In this document: one piece after another, positions 35,081-46,469 of the stretch
Layout of the letters: the number at the start of each line of letters is the position of its first letter
Position numbering within the stretch: position 1 is the stretch's first letter
Origin: Podospora anserina
Taxonomy: Eukaryota
Reading direction: 5' to 3'
Length of the DNA stretch: 64,000 bases
Assembly (NCBI GenBank): GCA_017654855.1
Contig: CM030337.1
Location: forward strand, 1,116,001-1,180,000
Made by a program: the position numbers and the translations under genes
The notes under the pieces: generated by a model
Seen by the model: only the letters and a program-made list of their open reading frames with translations
Told to the model about the DNA's origin: nothing
Database searches by the model: none

Positions 35081-35354
35081 GTTAAGACATGAAAATAAGA
35101 GATGGGCTCCAGAGGTTCGAGAAGTTGTCCAAGTAAAAGGCTCACAAATACATGAATCGAATATAACCCACACACACCAATAAACAACACTGCGAGAATC
35201 TGCGTGAATAAAACCTGTCCTTGAAACATCTCTTCATTACCATTACTAATATAATAACCTTCTTTCTTCACCTATCTTTTATCCTCATATTCCCCTTTCC
35301 CTCCCAATTTCCAACCAAAACCATCACGTCCCACCCATCCATCTCCCTCGCCCC

Positions 35355-36851
35355 CTACCACAACTCCGTCCCAAAAACCGGCAAAAACACCACGCAAGCC
35401 TTCCACAAAATCATCACCGCCTGAACAACCGCCAGCGGCAACATCACCGCCCCCAAAACCACATTCCCCCCGCACAACTCAACAGTGTTCATCCAGATCG
35501 CCAAAAACGCCACGGTAAAAAAATGCCTAGCCAGCACCAACGGCCTCTGCATCATCCCCCCCATCAGCGCAACCGGCTCGTCCGTCCTACCCATCTGAAA
35601 ATACCGAAAACACCCCCTCTGCAGCGCCCTCAGCTGCCAATCATTCGCCGCAAACAGGCTGTACAACGCCTGCGCCAAAACATTGATAATGCTCGTCAGG
35701 CTCTTCCGGCGGTAGTGAAACGTGCTCATTGCCGACGCCACCGCTCCGTGATCAGACAGGTTAGGGATTTGCTCCGGGGAGAGCAGATCCGACAAGACAA
35801 CCGCGTCGTTGAACGCGACAGTCATGCCTCCCCCCGTCAAGGGGTGGCGCATATTGTGCGCGTCTCCCAGGACTAAAACGCCAGGGGTGGTTGTCTGTTT
35901 CGTGGGCGGGAGCCAGCTGTTTGGCATTGATTTCGGAATCTTCCCGTCGGCGAGCGCCTTGACAACGGAGGGTTGGACTGATTTAGGGAGGGCAGGCAAA
36001 ACGACGTTTTGGATGTATCCCCTCACTCCCCCGTTCTGAGGGGAGGCAGCCGCGCAGTCGAGTGGGACGTCGATCAAAGCCCTGGTTTCGCGAGTGCCGA
36101 TTTGGTAGAGCAGAACGACCGACGCGTCCCCGATGCAGACGTGGCCGTAGTATTGCGGGGGGAAATCACAGTCGATCAACTCCAACGCATAAAACTTTGA
36201 CTTGACGATGGGGGTCTTGTTCAGAAGCGGTTGTCTGAACTTGCTGGCGTAACCATCCGCCACGATGGTCAAGTGAGCAAAGAAGGCCTCTTCCTTCTTG
36301 AGGTTCTTCTCCTTGTCTGTTGTCGTCCTCGTCTTCACACCTAGTACCTCCCCTCCCTTTTGGACGAGATCTGTCACCTCTGTTTCGAAAACAGTGATAT
36401 TCGGATGTTCATGACACGCCTTCCTCAGCTGCATGATGAACCTCCCGTGGTGAAACGCCCTCCCCTCTGGCCCTCTCCTGTCTCTCTTCTCCCCTCTTGT
36501 CACCACGACGTTTCCCTCCGGCGAGACAGTAGGGTATGGGATCGCGACGTCATCACCGCGGTACAAGACGTGGTAGCCGTAGCAAGGGATAGCATCGATG
36601 CCCTCCAGGCATTTCCCCAGGCCGAGTTTCTTGAGGGCGGCTACACCGCCCGGCTGGAGGAGTTCGCCTACGATGCGGTCGGGCTCGTGGAGCCAGCGCT
36701 CGAGGAGGATGACGGAGCGGCCTTGGTTTGCGAAAGAGAACGCGGCTGCGCAGCCGAAGACACCGGCGCCGATGACGACGATGTCTGCTTCGTGGTGTTG
36801 CTCGCGGCGGGTGCGCTCGTGGTCGAGGGCGGATTTTGGTTTGGAGGCCAT
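35355..36851 (-). CDS. ERG1: Squalene epoxidase (squalene monooxygenase)
   Basis: FAD motif VIGAGVFG, EPDRIVGELLQPGG, FHHGRF, VADGYASKFR and LGDAHNMRHPLTGGGMTV; C-terminal hydrophobic helices. Confidence 0.96.
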   Translation of the reverse strand: MASKPKSALDHERTRREQHHEADIVVIGAGVFGCAAAFSFANQGRSVILLERWLHEPDRIVGELLQPGGVAALKKLGLGKCLEGIDAIPCYGYHVLYRGDDVAIPYPTVSPEGNVVVTRGEKRDRRGPEGRAFHHGRFIMQLRKACHEHPNITVFETEVTDLVQKGGEVLGVKTRTTTDKEKNLKKEEAFFAHLTIVADGYASKFRQPLLNKTPIVKSKFYALELIDCDFPPQYYGHVCIGDASVVLLYQIGTRETRALIDVPLDCAAASPQNGGVRGYIQNVVLPALPKSVQPSVVKALADGKIPKSMPNSWLPPTKQTTTPGVLVLGDAHNMRHPLTGGGMTVAFNDAVVLSDLLSPEQIPNLSDHGAVASAMSTFHYRRKSLTSIINVLAQALYSLFAANDWQLRALQRGCFRYFQMGRTDEPVALMGGMMQRPLVLARHFFTVAFLAIWMNTVELCGGNVVLGAVMLPLAVVQAVMILWKACVVFLPVFGTELW

Positions 36852-37571
36852 GATGATGGGCGGTATGTGTTGTGTGTTTTGCGGAATAGGTGAGAGGGGA
36901 CGGGGAGGGAGAAAATATCAGACGAACGGTGAGGTCACCGTGGTGTCGTCGTGGCGGAAAAGGAAGGAATTGGCTTTTGGCGATTAAGTTTAGAGTAGAA
37001 GGTTGCAAACAAAACAACAAAAGTCCCGCGAAAAACCAGCGCCTTTTAGACCGCCTCCCAATTCCTCTAATCGTGATTCGTCAATGGGGGGTCGGAACTT
37101 TCTCTCTCTCTATCTCTCTCTCTCTCTCTTCAAGTACACGAAAAGCAAAAGAAAGCAAAAAAATAAAACAAAAAGTGGTGTGTGTTTCCTGGCTCTCGAA
37201 ATTGACCTCCAACTGATCTCGACGACAAATCGTCCCATAGCGGGAAGCACCGCTCATCGCCCCCGGTCCCAGCCAACCAATCACCGCCCGAGCGCATGGG
37301 CCCCCTTTTCCCCTTCTGCGCGTTCTTGCCCCTGACAAGCCCCACCCACCGCGACCCGACCGCTTCCAGAAATTCACATGTCAGTCGATGGCCAAGACGC
37401 TTGAATTCCAATTGCGTGGCCTGTTTTTATTCAAATATGATCATATTCGTCAAACTTTTCATGTTACATTTGTTTCCCTTTTTCGAATCCCCCAGTTCCC
37501 AAAAACCTCCCGATAATGCAATATGCTTGGTATATATGTATTGTACAACGGCCCCCCCCCTTTCCCAACCC

Positions 37572-40500
37572 TTACGCTTGGGTCAACACCAATATCGAAC
37601 CATCCCCGCTCTCTATCCTCCCCTCCTTCCCATAGGTACTATTCAACCAAGGGATCTCGTCAAAGTCCACCGGCGGATACCCAGCAGCAAGTGCGCTCTC
37701 CTTCATAACCCTCAGCGCATCCGTTCCCAGTCGTGCAGCGTCCACCCTCAGTATCTCCCTTGCTTCGACAATGGCTTTGATCGCCTTCTCCAGAACCTCA
37801 TAGGCCTGCTCTTGTTTCGACTTTGCTGTCGTAGACTCTGGGTTCGGCTCGAACCTCTTGACGTAGTTAAACGCCGTCTTGAGCATGTTGAGGCAGGCAG
37901 TGTCCTCTTTGTAACTGCTGCTCAGAGCCCGCCCAATCGCTAGCTTCAGCCTTGCCACGTCGAGGAGTTTGGTTGCCGCACTGAGGATGATGCCAAAGTT
38001 GGCGAGGTTATAGCACGGTGATTCACCTTTGGCCTTGGCGGCATGAGCAGCGTAGACTATCGCTCCAGAGTAGAACCGCATCGTGAGGCATATCCTCGCT
38101 GCTTGGTGCAGTGCCGTGTCTGTGGGGTTGATCCCTAGCTCTTCCATGCCTCTGAGGCTATCCTGAACAACCATCAGCATGCGACTTGGGTGCCACGCCT
38201 TCCTTTCCCTCTTCATGTCTGTGAAGAGGTTGCGAATCTTCCAGCCAACGATATAATTGATGATTCCCTCCGTCTCAAGCCCATTGTCTTGTGCATCCCG
38301 CACGAGTTCGTACGCGTCTTGATAGCTATCCGGCTCAGCCTGCAGCTGCGCCTGAACCGCCAGCCGCAGTGTCCCATGGGAGACATCCATCCCCTCGTGT
38401 CGAGACACCCTGTACATCCTCAATGCCACCCTCGGGTGGCCGTACGTCAGATGCTCCTTCATAACCAGCGCGAGCTCCCTCGCGTCCGCACACTTGCCCT
38501 TGTGCGGCAAAATATTGCGCTCAACACGTAGAGACAACAACCTCCCCCTCGTCGCCCTCCCCCCGCTCCCATCCCCCAACGCCGCCCTCACCATCACCGT
38601 CTCGGTGTACCTATCCGCAAACTTCGGACTCAGCAACCTCAGCTTCCGATAAAGCGTCCTCAAATCCCTAAACGGCATCTTCCACTCCCTCCTCAGAACC
38701 GTCAAAATAACATTGCTAAACGCCGCATCCACCTCAAACCCCAACCCAGCACAGTACTCCAACCACTCCACCATCCTGCCCACATCCCTCCCCTTCGCAT
38801 ACTTCGCCCCCATCACGCTGAAGATGTAATTGTTCAGCGGCACCCCCAACCCCTCCACATACCCCCTCAAAAACCCATCCGTCTCCTCCACCGTGTGCCC
38901 ATCCGCATACGCCTTCAGCACCGGCACAAAAACCTGACTGTAATTCTTCATCCCCTCTGGATCGTCCTCCTCAACCTTCATCCTCTCAAAAATCGCCCTC
39001 ACCGCCTCCCAGTCCCCCACGGCAGCATAATGCCTCGCAAAAACCCCCAGCATCCTCACATCCTCAAAAACCACAAACCCATCCGCCGCCGACTTTTCAA
39101 AATACCACTCCGCCAACGCCTCCTCCCCAGCCTCGAGAGAAATTTCCACCATGACCCGGTACAGCACGTCAGGGTAGAGGACCTCCTTCTCGATGCCCGC
39201 CTCCTCCCCAAGGGTATCAAACAGCCTCTGAGTCCCGCCAAAATCCTTATTCCTCCTCCAGTGCGCCACCAGCAACCTCGTAGCCAGCTCGGACGGCATC
39301 TTAAAGTCGATACCCCTGTACAGTTTTCTCAGCGTGTGCAGCACATCATCTGCCCGGTGGTTGTGCGCCTTTTCAACGCAATCGACCGCCAGCCTGGCGA
39401 TGTCATACAGCGACACCGAGTCCGGCATGCAGTTTGCGTAATTGAACCGGAATATCTGGATCGCCATCTTGTAGCTGTGTTGCTCGGCCAGTTTGGTCAA
39501 ATACCAATGCGTGAACTCGGGAGTTGCGTCCCCCATACGGAGGGCATAACCATGGCACCGCCGATAAATTTCTCGGCCGTTGATGAGGTGGCCAGCCGCG
39601 AATCTCGCTTCAAGCAGCCTCCGGCCGGTTTCGTGGAGGCCGGGGTCAACCACGGGGGTTCGGTCCGCAATTTTGGGACGGTAGACCACCGCGGCGAGGT
39701 CGAGGATGCGCAGGCGGGCGTCTTGGTTGGATTTGAGGGTTTCGGCGTGGGCCAGGAGGGAGCGGATGAGGGAGGATGGTTCAAAGGCGTAGTAATCGAT
39801 TTCGTTGATTTTTCCGCTTCGCAGGACTCGTGCGAGGACGTTGCCTGCTTCTTCGAGCATGCCTGCTTCTTGGCAGGTTCTGCAGAGGAGGGCGGTGCCG
39901 GATAACCAGCCTGGTTGTCCTGTGATGGCGCTTTCGGAGTTTTCTAGGACGAATTGAACGACGTGGCCGAGCCGGGTTGCGTTTTTGGAGATGCAGGCCT
40001 CCTGGATTAACCTCAGGATCTTTATTGTCGAAGGGAATTGAAGGGACTGGACGGTGTTGAGCCACGAGAGGGAAGCGGTTGGGTCGGTAGTCTGTCCAGC
40101 CGTCTTTCCTTCAAGCTGTGTTGTCGATACTGTGTTGGTGGGCACATCGGGAACACCTGCGCCGGTGGTAGCCTTCCTCTGAATGGAGGAGATATCCCGA
40201 AACGACCTCGCCTTCGCAGAAGCCTGATGCTCCCTATACCATTCCGGAACCGCCACCGACCTCTTCACTCCCTCCTCCCGCCCATCCCGCCACGCCGCAG
40301 CATTAAACTCGGCAAAAGGGTCCAATTCCGGCGGTTCAGCCACCAGCTCTACATCCCCCCTCCCCCCTCCCACCTCACCCTCCACCCCAGCATCTCTCTT
40401 CTCCTGCTTCTCCAAACAAGCCCCTCCACACTCCCCCCCCCCATCCGCAGGCGAAAGCACAACCGGCTCCTCATCAACCTGCACAGCCCGCTCAAGCAAC

Positions 40501-40703
40501 ACCCTCAACCTCGTCCTCCCCCCTCCCGGCCTGTACTGCCGACAGCTCTTGAGCCTCTCCCCATTCTCCACAATCCTCAGCGCGCTATTTATCCTCCGCC
40601 TCCGATCCTCGGCAATAATCGCAATGGTGCAGGTCGTGCCCACAACAAGCCCTTGGAGCGCCGTCAGGGCAGCCTTGGAGGGCACAGGTAGATTCGGCGG
40701 CAT
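37572..40703 (-). CDS. Large helical-repeat protein, probably a mitochondrial pentatricopeptide-repeat (PPR-like) protein
   Basis: 1043-aa intronless ORF with PPR-like helix pairs (e.g. VLYRVMVEISLEAGEEALAEWYF; RMLGVFARHYAAVGDWEAVRAIFERM; NYIFSVMGAKYAKGRDVGRMVEWLE). The family call is inferred. Confidence 0.7.
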   Translation of the reverse strand: MPPNLPVPSKAALTALQGLVVGTTCTIAIIAEDRRRRINSALRIVENGERLKSCRQYRPGGGRTRLRVLLERAVQVDEEPVVLSPADGGGECGGACLEKQEKRDAGVEGEVGGGRGDVELVAEPPELDPFAEFNAAAWRDGREEGVKRSVAVPEWYREHQASAKARSFRDISSIQRKATTGAGVPDVPTNTVSTTQLEGKTAGQTTDPTASLSWLNTVQSLQFPSTIKILRLIQEACISKNATRLGHVVQFVLENSESAITGQPGWLSGTALLCRTCQEAGMLEEAGNVLARVLRSGKINEIDYYAFEPSSLIRSLLAHAETLKSNQDARLRILDLAAVVYRPKIADRTPVVDPGLHETGRRLLEARFAAGHLINGREIYRRCHGYALRMGDATPEFTHWYLTKLAEQHSYKMAIQIFRFNYANCMPDSVSLYDIARLAVDCVEKAHNHRADDVLHTLRKLYRGIDFKMPSELATRLLVAHWRRNKDFGGTQRLFDTLGEEAGIEKEVLYPDVLYRVMVEISLEAGEEALAEWYFEKSAADGFVVFEDVRMLGVFARHYAAVGDWEAVRAIFERMKVEEDDPEGMKNYSQVFVPVLKAYADGHTVEETDGFLRGYVEGLGVPLNNYIFSVMGAKYAKGRDVGRMVEWLEYCAGLGFEVDAAFSNVILTVLRREWKMPFRDLRTLYRKLRLLSPKFADRYTETVMVRAALGDGSGGRATRGRLLSLRVERNILPHKGKCADARELALVMKEHLTYGHPRVALRMYRVSRHEGMDVSHGTLRLAVQAQLQAEPDSYQDAYELVRDAQDNGLETEGIINYIVGWKIRNLFTDMKRERKAWHPSRMLMVVQDSLRGMEELGINPTDTALHQAARICLTMRFYSGAIVYAAHAAKAKGESPCYNLANFGIILSAATKLLDVARLKLAIGRALSSSYKEDTACLNMLKTAFNYVKRFEPNPESTTAKSKQEQAYEVLEKAIKAIVEAREILRVDAARLGTDALRVMKESALAAGYPPVDFDEIPWLNSTYGKEGRIESGDGSILVLTQA

Positions 40704-41321
40704 CGTGGTGGTCGTCGGCGCTTGGTCTTCATTTCGTCTGGCGCATTGCTGGAAAAAGAAAAGAAAAGAGTCGTCAGATTCCCTCCCCTCTGAAACTGCC
40801 GTACGTCCCGTAGGTTGGTAAACTCAATCGAGCGCAGCGGCCATCATACGAGAAGAATAATTATTTTTTTGGGACCGAATGACATGATAGTTACTAGTTT
40901 GCGAGAAGCTCCCCCCCCCCCAAGAATGGGTCCTTCAAGCTGAGGTTCAAAGCCGCAGCCAATCACAACCCCGCCTTCTTGGGGGAGCTTAGGCGCGCCA
41001 AGACAAAACTGTTATGGTTGCATTACCCCGAGAATTACTGCAGCTGCTCTATGTAGCTCAGCTATCACCAAGTCTTTCAAAGATCTTCAGTTGTTGTTAT
41101 TATATCTTGCTGATTGAGGAGTTCATACATCTATCCCATCTATCTCCTTAAAAGTCTGTCTATCCAGCCCAACCCTCCCACCCATCCTCCCAAAAATAAC
41201 GCCCACATAAGTTAACCTCCCCTCCACCTTCCCTACCCATGCATGTCTTCATCTTTTCATATCATACAATGGTCTATATACAAGTACATTTCATGCTGCG
41301 CGCCATCTATTTACCCTAGAT

Positions 41322-42795
41322 CTAAACGACCTCCCGGCGCTCCATCGGCATGTACCTCTCCAGCTGACGGAGAACATTCTGGTACAAGAACAGCATGCAC
41401 CCACTCTGAATGCTGGTCCAAACCGCCCTCGGCCCAACACCCCTGAACCACCCCCCAATACCCTCGCTCTTGTAGATGATCTTTAGCCCAGTCATGACCG
41501 AGGACGTGTTGAGCGTTACAGCACCGGGTTTGGGCGTGTGTGTCGAGGGCGACGAAGTCGATATCAACCGCTTCTGCAGTTTCGGGCTCGCTGCTTCGGC
41601 GACTGGTGTGCCATGTTGTCCGTCTTTGACAACGGCAGGCTTTGCGATCACGGGCGAAGACTGTCCTGGTACCTCAACGACCTGAGTTTGGAGTCTCGTC
41701 TTCACAACGTCCAACGGGCATGTTATCGTCCCGGCCAAACCACCCGCTGCCGCACCAGTCAACAACTCGAGCTGCCAGCCAATATCCCGGCCATCCTTCC
41801 ACTTTCGAGCCCAGGCTTGACCCTGCTCGTAAAACATGAACTGGAGGGCCGAATAAGGCAGATCGCGCCATAATGTGGCACCGTAGCCGTAAAACAGAGC
41901 CGAGGGGCCTTCGTTGCGGACGATGGTCCTCAAGGCGTCTGTTGTTCCCCGATAGTTGTACCCCGAGGTGAAATGCGGGTTGTTGTATCGTCCCTGAAGC
42001 TGGAGTCTTGTCTTGAGCACCTCGGAGGGAACATAGACAAAAGAGGCAACAAAATCGCCGAAAAATCCTGCAGAAAACACAACCATCAGCCTACGATTCT
42101 CCCCCCAACATCAACCCCCCACCCTCACCCTCTTCAGAAATTTCCACTAACCAGCCGTGAGATATGTCAAATGTGGCTGGATGCCAAAGTCCAACATCTG
42201 CCTCTTGCTCCATTCATAGCTCCCAAAGAACAAAACAGTCCCCGGAAAAGAGCCAAACAACGCCGGCAGCCATCCACCATATAGCCCTCGCCGTATCCCT
42301 TCCTGTCGCCAAATCTTGTAATACGAGGATCCGAGAGACGTGTACTTTGGCGGAATGTGAGGGTCGCCCTGCTGTCGTGTTTTTACCGTATCGAGCGAGT
42401 GCATGAGCATATCGCCGCTCGTACCGCCTATCCCGCCCGCAAGCATGCACTGCACAAAAGTGAAGACAGGTCAGCGCACAAGTCGTCGGACCGCCGGACA
42501 GCCCTCAGAAACCGAGGGAGAAGCCAGCGGCAAGAAAAGAGAAATTAGAGTACAAGTGACGACGCACGTGCAGGTAAGGCGGGCGGCCTTCCAGCTGCTC
42601 TCCATCTTCGGATTCGGATCTCATATTATGCTGAATTTCTGGAGTGGTGGTATGCTGCGAGAGGATGCCCGGTGTCTGGGTAATAACATGATGGTCGAGG
42701 GGGGACTGCTGGCTCGAACTCGGCGACGACGACGACGACGATGTGGTGGTGGTGCTATTGCTACTGGCGGCGGCAGATCCAAAGCCTAGCACCAT
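41322..42795 (-). CDS. MME1: Mitochondrial carrier family protein, Mme1 (YMR166C)-like
   Basis: Exons 42795 (or alternative ATG 42624)-42568, 42449-42152 and 42067-41322. Carrier signatures MHSLDTVKTRQQG, VPSEVLKTRLQ and CPLDVVKTRLQ; the HSLDTVKTRQQG variant is characteristic of the Mme1 subfamily. Confidence 0.82.
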
Positions 42796-43140
42796 CGCTC
42801 GCCCCGGGGCAGAAAAAAGAAGAGAATTGCGCTATGCGCCGCCCAGGCCAGGGGGCTCAGGAAAGAAAATTCTCTCGTTATTTTTCTCGGCCTTCGAGTT
42901 TCGTCACAGGGTTCTTGCGTCGTCGGATTCGGGGTTGCTGCGCATATCGCAAATTCAATGTTTCCCAGTTCAAAATTCTGGGCGGCACCTGGTGCTCCAG
43001 ACCTCCGATCTTTTTTCGCTAGCGTCATTGGTGTCTCTTGGCCCGTGCCATGCACACCCCTTCTCTCTCTAAGAGAGAGACATGCATTTTGAGCCTCTTG
43101 AATTGGCATTTACAACTGTTGTACACATTTGATACTTACA

Positions 43141-43182
43141 CCCATAACCCATAACCCATAACCCATAACCCATAACCCATAA
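43141..43182. repeat. (CCCATAA)6 heptamer tandem repeat
   Basis: Six consecutive copies seen directly, downstream of the IMP2-like stop codon. Confidence 0.95.
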
Positions 43183-43226
43183 ATATACAGCCTTTCCCAT
43201 GTCCCTTATCCGTTCCCTTTGCGTGA

Positions 43227-43296
43227 CCATTCCCACAACCACTCCCACAACCCACTCCCACAACCACTCCCACAACCACTCCCACAACCACTCCCA
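43227..43296. repeat. 12-mer tandem repeat CCACTCCCACAA (~5.5 copies)
   Basis: Seen directly, immediately 3' of the IMP2-like CDS. Confidence 0.9.
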
Positions 43297-43311
43297 TACC
43301 TCCCATCCCTC

Positions 43312-43988
43312 TCACGCCCTCACAACCCCCCTCCCCGGCACCTCGGGAACAACCCTCACCAACCTCCACCCCCTCAAAACATAAACCACCCGTCCCGTAA
43401 CCAAACCCGCACTGACCGGCCCATAGTAATTACTATCCCTACTCCTATCCCTATTATCCCCCTCCACCCAAACATGCCCCTCCGGCACCACCATCCCAAC
43501 CGGATACAACACCTTCCTCGTCGGCCCGTCCGTCCCCCAAGTCGCAACCGGCTTCGGTATAATCCTATCCCCCTCCAAACCCACCACTCGCTTGACCACA
43601 ATCTTATCCGGATCAGTTGGGCTCCTGTTCCCATCATTAGCCAAAACCGCCGCCCCCTTCCCTTCTCCTTCCCCTTCCCCTTTCCCTTCCCCTCACCTCC
43701 CTCCCTCCCCATGAGACAAACATACCTAAAAGTCACCACCTCCCCCCTCCTCAACCCCTCTCTCACCCCAGCCTTCCAAACCAAACACCAATCCCTCCCC
43801 AAACCCTCATTATACCCCCTGTTCAAAAACGGGTACATGCTTGGCCCGTTGACAAGCGTCACCTGCGCAACGTAGGAATTGAACCATATAAATGCCGGGA
43901 GCCAGGTCGCGTATCGAAAGAGGTAGTGGCCAAATTGTCGTGCGAAGCTTCCCTTTTTTGGTATCCAGGACGTCCATCGTGGGGCCAT
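43312..43988 (-). CDS. IMP2: Mitochondrial inner membrane peptidase catalytic subunit (S26 family), probably Imp2
   Basis: Exons 43988-43726 and 43624-43312. Ser/Lys dyad GPSMYP and VKRVVGLEGD; VPEGHVWVEGDN...SRDSNYYGPV. The Imp1 versus Imp2 call is uncertain. Confidence 0.8.
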
Positions 43989-44534
43989 TTCATTGAGAGG
44001 GTGATGTGTCTTGAGGTCCAGGTGAAAATGTTGCTTCAAGTGATGGGTACAAGGTACATGCAGCTCGAAAGCTGGTGAGTGATTGACTGATGTGCCGTGA
44101 AGTGAGGTAAGCTTCTTGGCCGGCGAGAGATGGGATAGATAAGATAAGGAATTTAAAATAGTGGAGGGGTAGTTTTCGGTGAATGCACTCAGGCAACAAC
44201 AACATCAGGGGCAAACAGCCCAAAGCTAAAGGGAGATACGAGATGCATGTGAAAAGTCAAAATACACCCATCGCCATGTTCTCCTAGATGGTGGCGTTAA
44301 ATACATCATCCGCTTTTCATGACCAAATTACAAAGCAAATGACCACCCCCCAATCTTCATGTCTAAACCCTCCGCTGCCAGACATAAACCCCCAGCTCGA
44401 TCTTTGTGTATACTGGCACTTTTGTACCCTCATCATTCATCTTAAAACGCTATGAGACATCGAGAATAGCCATGTATCTATCATGCCCACGGCTTTTTGT
44501 CCCCCAAAACGCCTGCCCATAAACAATGTATGCA

Positions 44535-45633
44535 TTAAACCGTCTCGGGGATGTTGTCGTCAGACTCGCTGACCGACTCGTCACCGCTGACCTCGGCGTT
44601 CTCACGCTCCCTCTTCTCCATAAGAGCCTGGAGCTCGGCATCATCCGACTCGGTGACAGCCTTGGGCTCCATCTTGACCACCAGGTGGCCGCCAGCCGCC
44701 TCGATGCTTGTGCGGATGTCCACGATGGCCTCCTCTAGCCGAGCGATACCTGCGTTCTTGTCCAGGCACGTGTTGGTAAGACTGCGAGAGAGGTTAGCAC
44801 AGTGTGTTTAGAGCATATCTCATATTCACTTACACATAGAGAGGAGGAGAAACAAGTCTGCACTTGACCTGAGTATCGGCAGTGTTACGGGCCTCAGCGG
44901 TGCGGAGGGCAGTCTTGATGGCATCGATACCCTCATAACCGAAGCAGGTAACCTCAACATCGGCACGGACCTTGGTGGGCTGGGGGGTAAGACGCTTGCC
45001 AATGTAAGACTTGAGTTCATCGGCAACCGGGGTGCTGGGGAACTGGATATCGTTCCAGACATCAGGGTTGCTACATCGCCGTCAGTATGCGCTCAGCACC
45101 CCAGCACGACAGGTATACATACGTGATAGAAAGCTTGAAGGCGTCCAGCGAGTGGCCGTACTTCTTGTTGAGCGGCCAGCCTATTGTCTCATAGAGGGTC
45201 TCGATGGGGGTCTCGGTCTTCTCAGCAACGTGTCTCATGATGGAGTGCACAATCTTGGACTTGTTGTAGCGCTCCTCGCAACGAATGATATCCTCGGGCG
45301 ACACGCGACGCTTGGAAAGATCGATATACCCCTTCTCCTTGTCGACACGGAGAACAACGACAACCTCATTGCGACCGACGCGGATGAGCTTCTGGATCGA
45401 TCTGATGCGCCGTCTGGAGAGTTCGGAAAGCAGGATCATGCCGTCGATGTTATCGTACTCGAGGAGTTTGACATAGGCTCCCATGTCGGCGATCTGCAGC
45501 ACCCGGTCAGTACCTGCATACGAGAAAAACGACCCGGCAAGCGACCTGAACGTACCTGTTTTACGTTCACCATCACAAAGGAGTCGATTTCGGGGTACTT
45601 CTCCTCGTAGAATCTGCAGTTGGAGAGCGACAT
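44535..45633 (-). CDS. SUI2: Translation initiation factor eIF2 alpha subunit
   Basis: Exons 45633-45556, 45493-45123, 45070-44834 and 44781-44535, all with canonical splice sites. [10 protein letters not shown], phospho-site loop [25 protein letters not shown]. Confidence 0.97.
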
Positions 45634-46469
45634 TTTGACTGTGCTTGCCGTTCCCAGGCGGGGCGAACTCGGGATATGTGTTGGTTTTTGTTGTGAGGGA
45701 GAAGTTCGACCAGTCGAGAAAAAGGTGCGAAACGGGTGAAGACGGTGCTTTGGTGTCTTGGGAAGGACCTGGAAATAGTTGAAGCTCTTGGTATCGCTGC
45801 GTTCAACACTTGCCCTTTCAAAGAACAGTCATTGGGGCCCGCCCCGCGAAGCAAAAATCGGTGCCACCACTGAACAATACTAGAAAGTGGGCTGTGGCTG
45901 GTGCGCCTGGCCATTGGTGGGGTGAATTGTGGCCCCACTCTCCAAGAGCAACAGGCTTCCCTGTCGGGTTGAGCCAAAGGTGGGATGAAATGTGGGGGTA
46001 ATTTTGGTATTGCTCTGCGTAACATACGGTATTCTCTCTGCTTGGCGGCCCACCTGCGCCAGAATTCCGCAGAAGACCTACGTCAACGGTTGGAGCTCCA
46101 ATCACACGCCAACCTGCCACTCCTGCCAGGAACACCTCAATCTGAACAAGGGAGGTCGGCTGGCCGTTGCTACGTCTGAAGCCTGAAGTATAAATCTGGT
46201 ACCTTTGGAGATCCCTTCTTCTTTTGAGCTCTCACAATCCGTTTGTTGCTCTTGTGGCGTTCAGGTTCAGTTTGGGGGTTGCTGACTGTCTTTCATTGGA
46301 TTATTGATACCTCCTCCTGCTTCCTGTCTGGTCATGAGCAACAGCCGAGGAACGAATCCGATATGATATTTCAAAGTCACGCGTCCTTCCCAACAATACC
46401 CGATAACTTTCCGGGTGACCGTTTCTCGTCTCAAAAGCTACCATCAGCACCAAGCACGCCCGAATCGCC

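Noticed and set aside
29954-35173. Long antisense ORFs (280-400 aa) opposite SLH1, and similar ones opposite ALG5, SUV3, the PPR-like gene, NTE1 and ERG25
   Set aside because: These are shadow ORFs expected from GC-rich biased codon usage on the coding strand; the translations are low-complexity and have no motifs.
40939-40959. Hairpin GCTGAGG-TTCAAAG-CCGCAGC with a B-box-like loop
   Set aside because: Isolated hairpin with no cloverleaf or A box.
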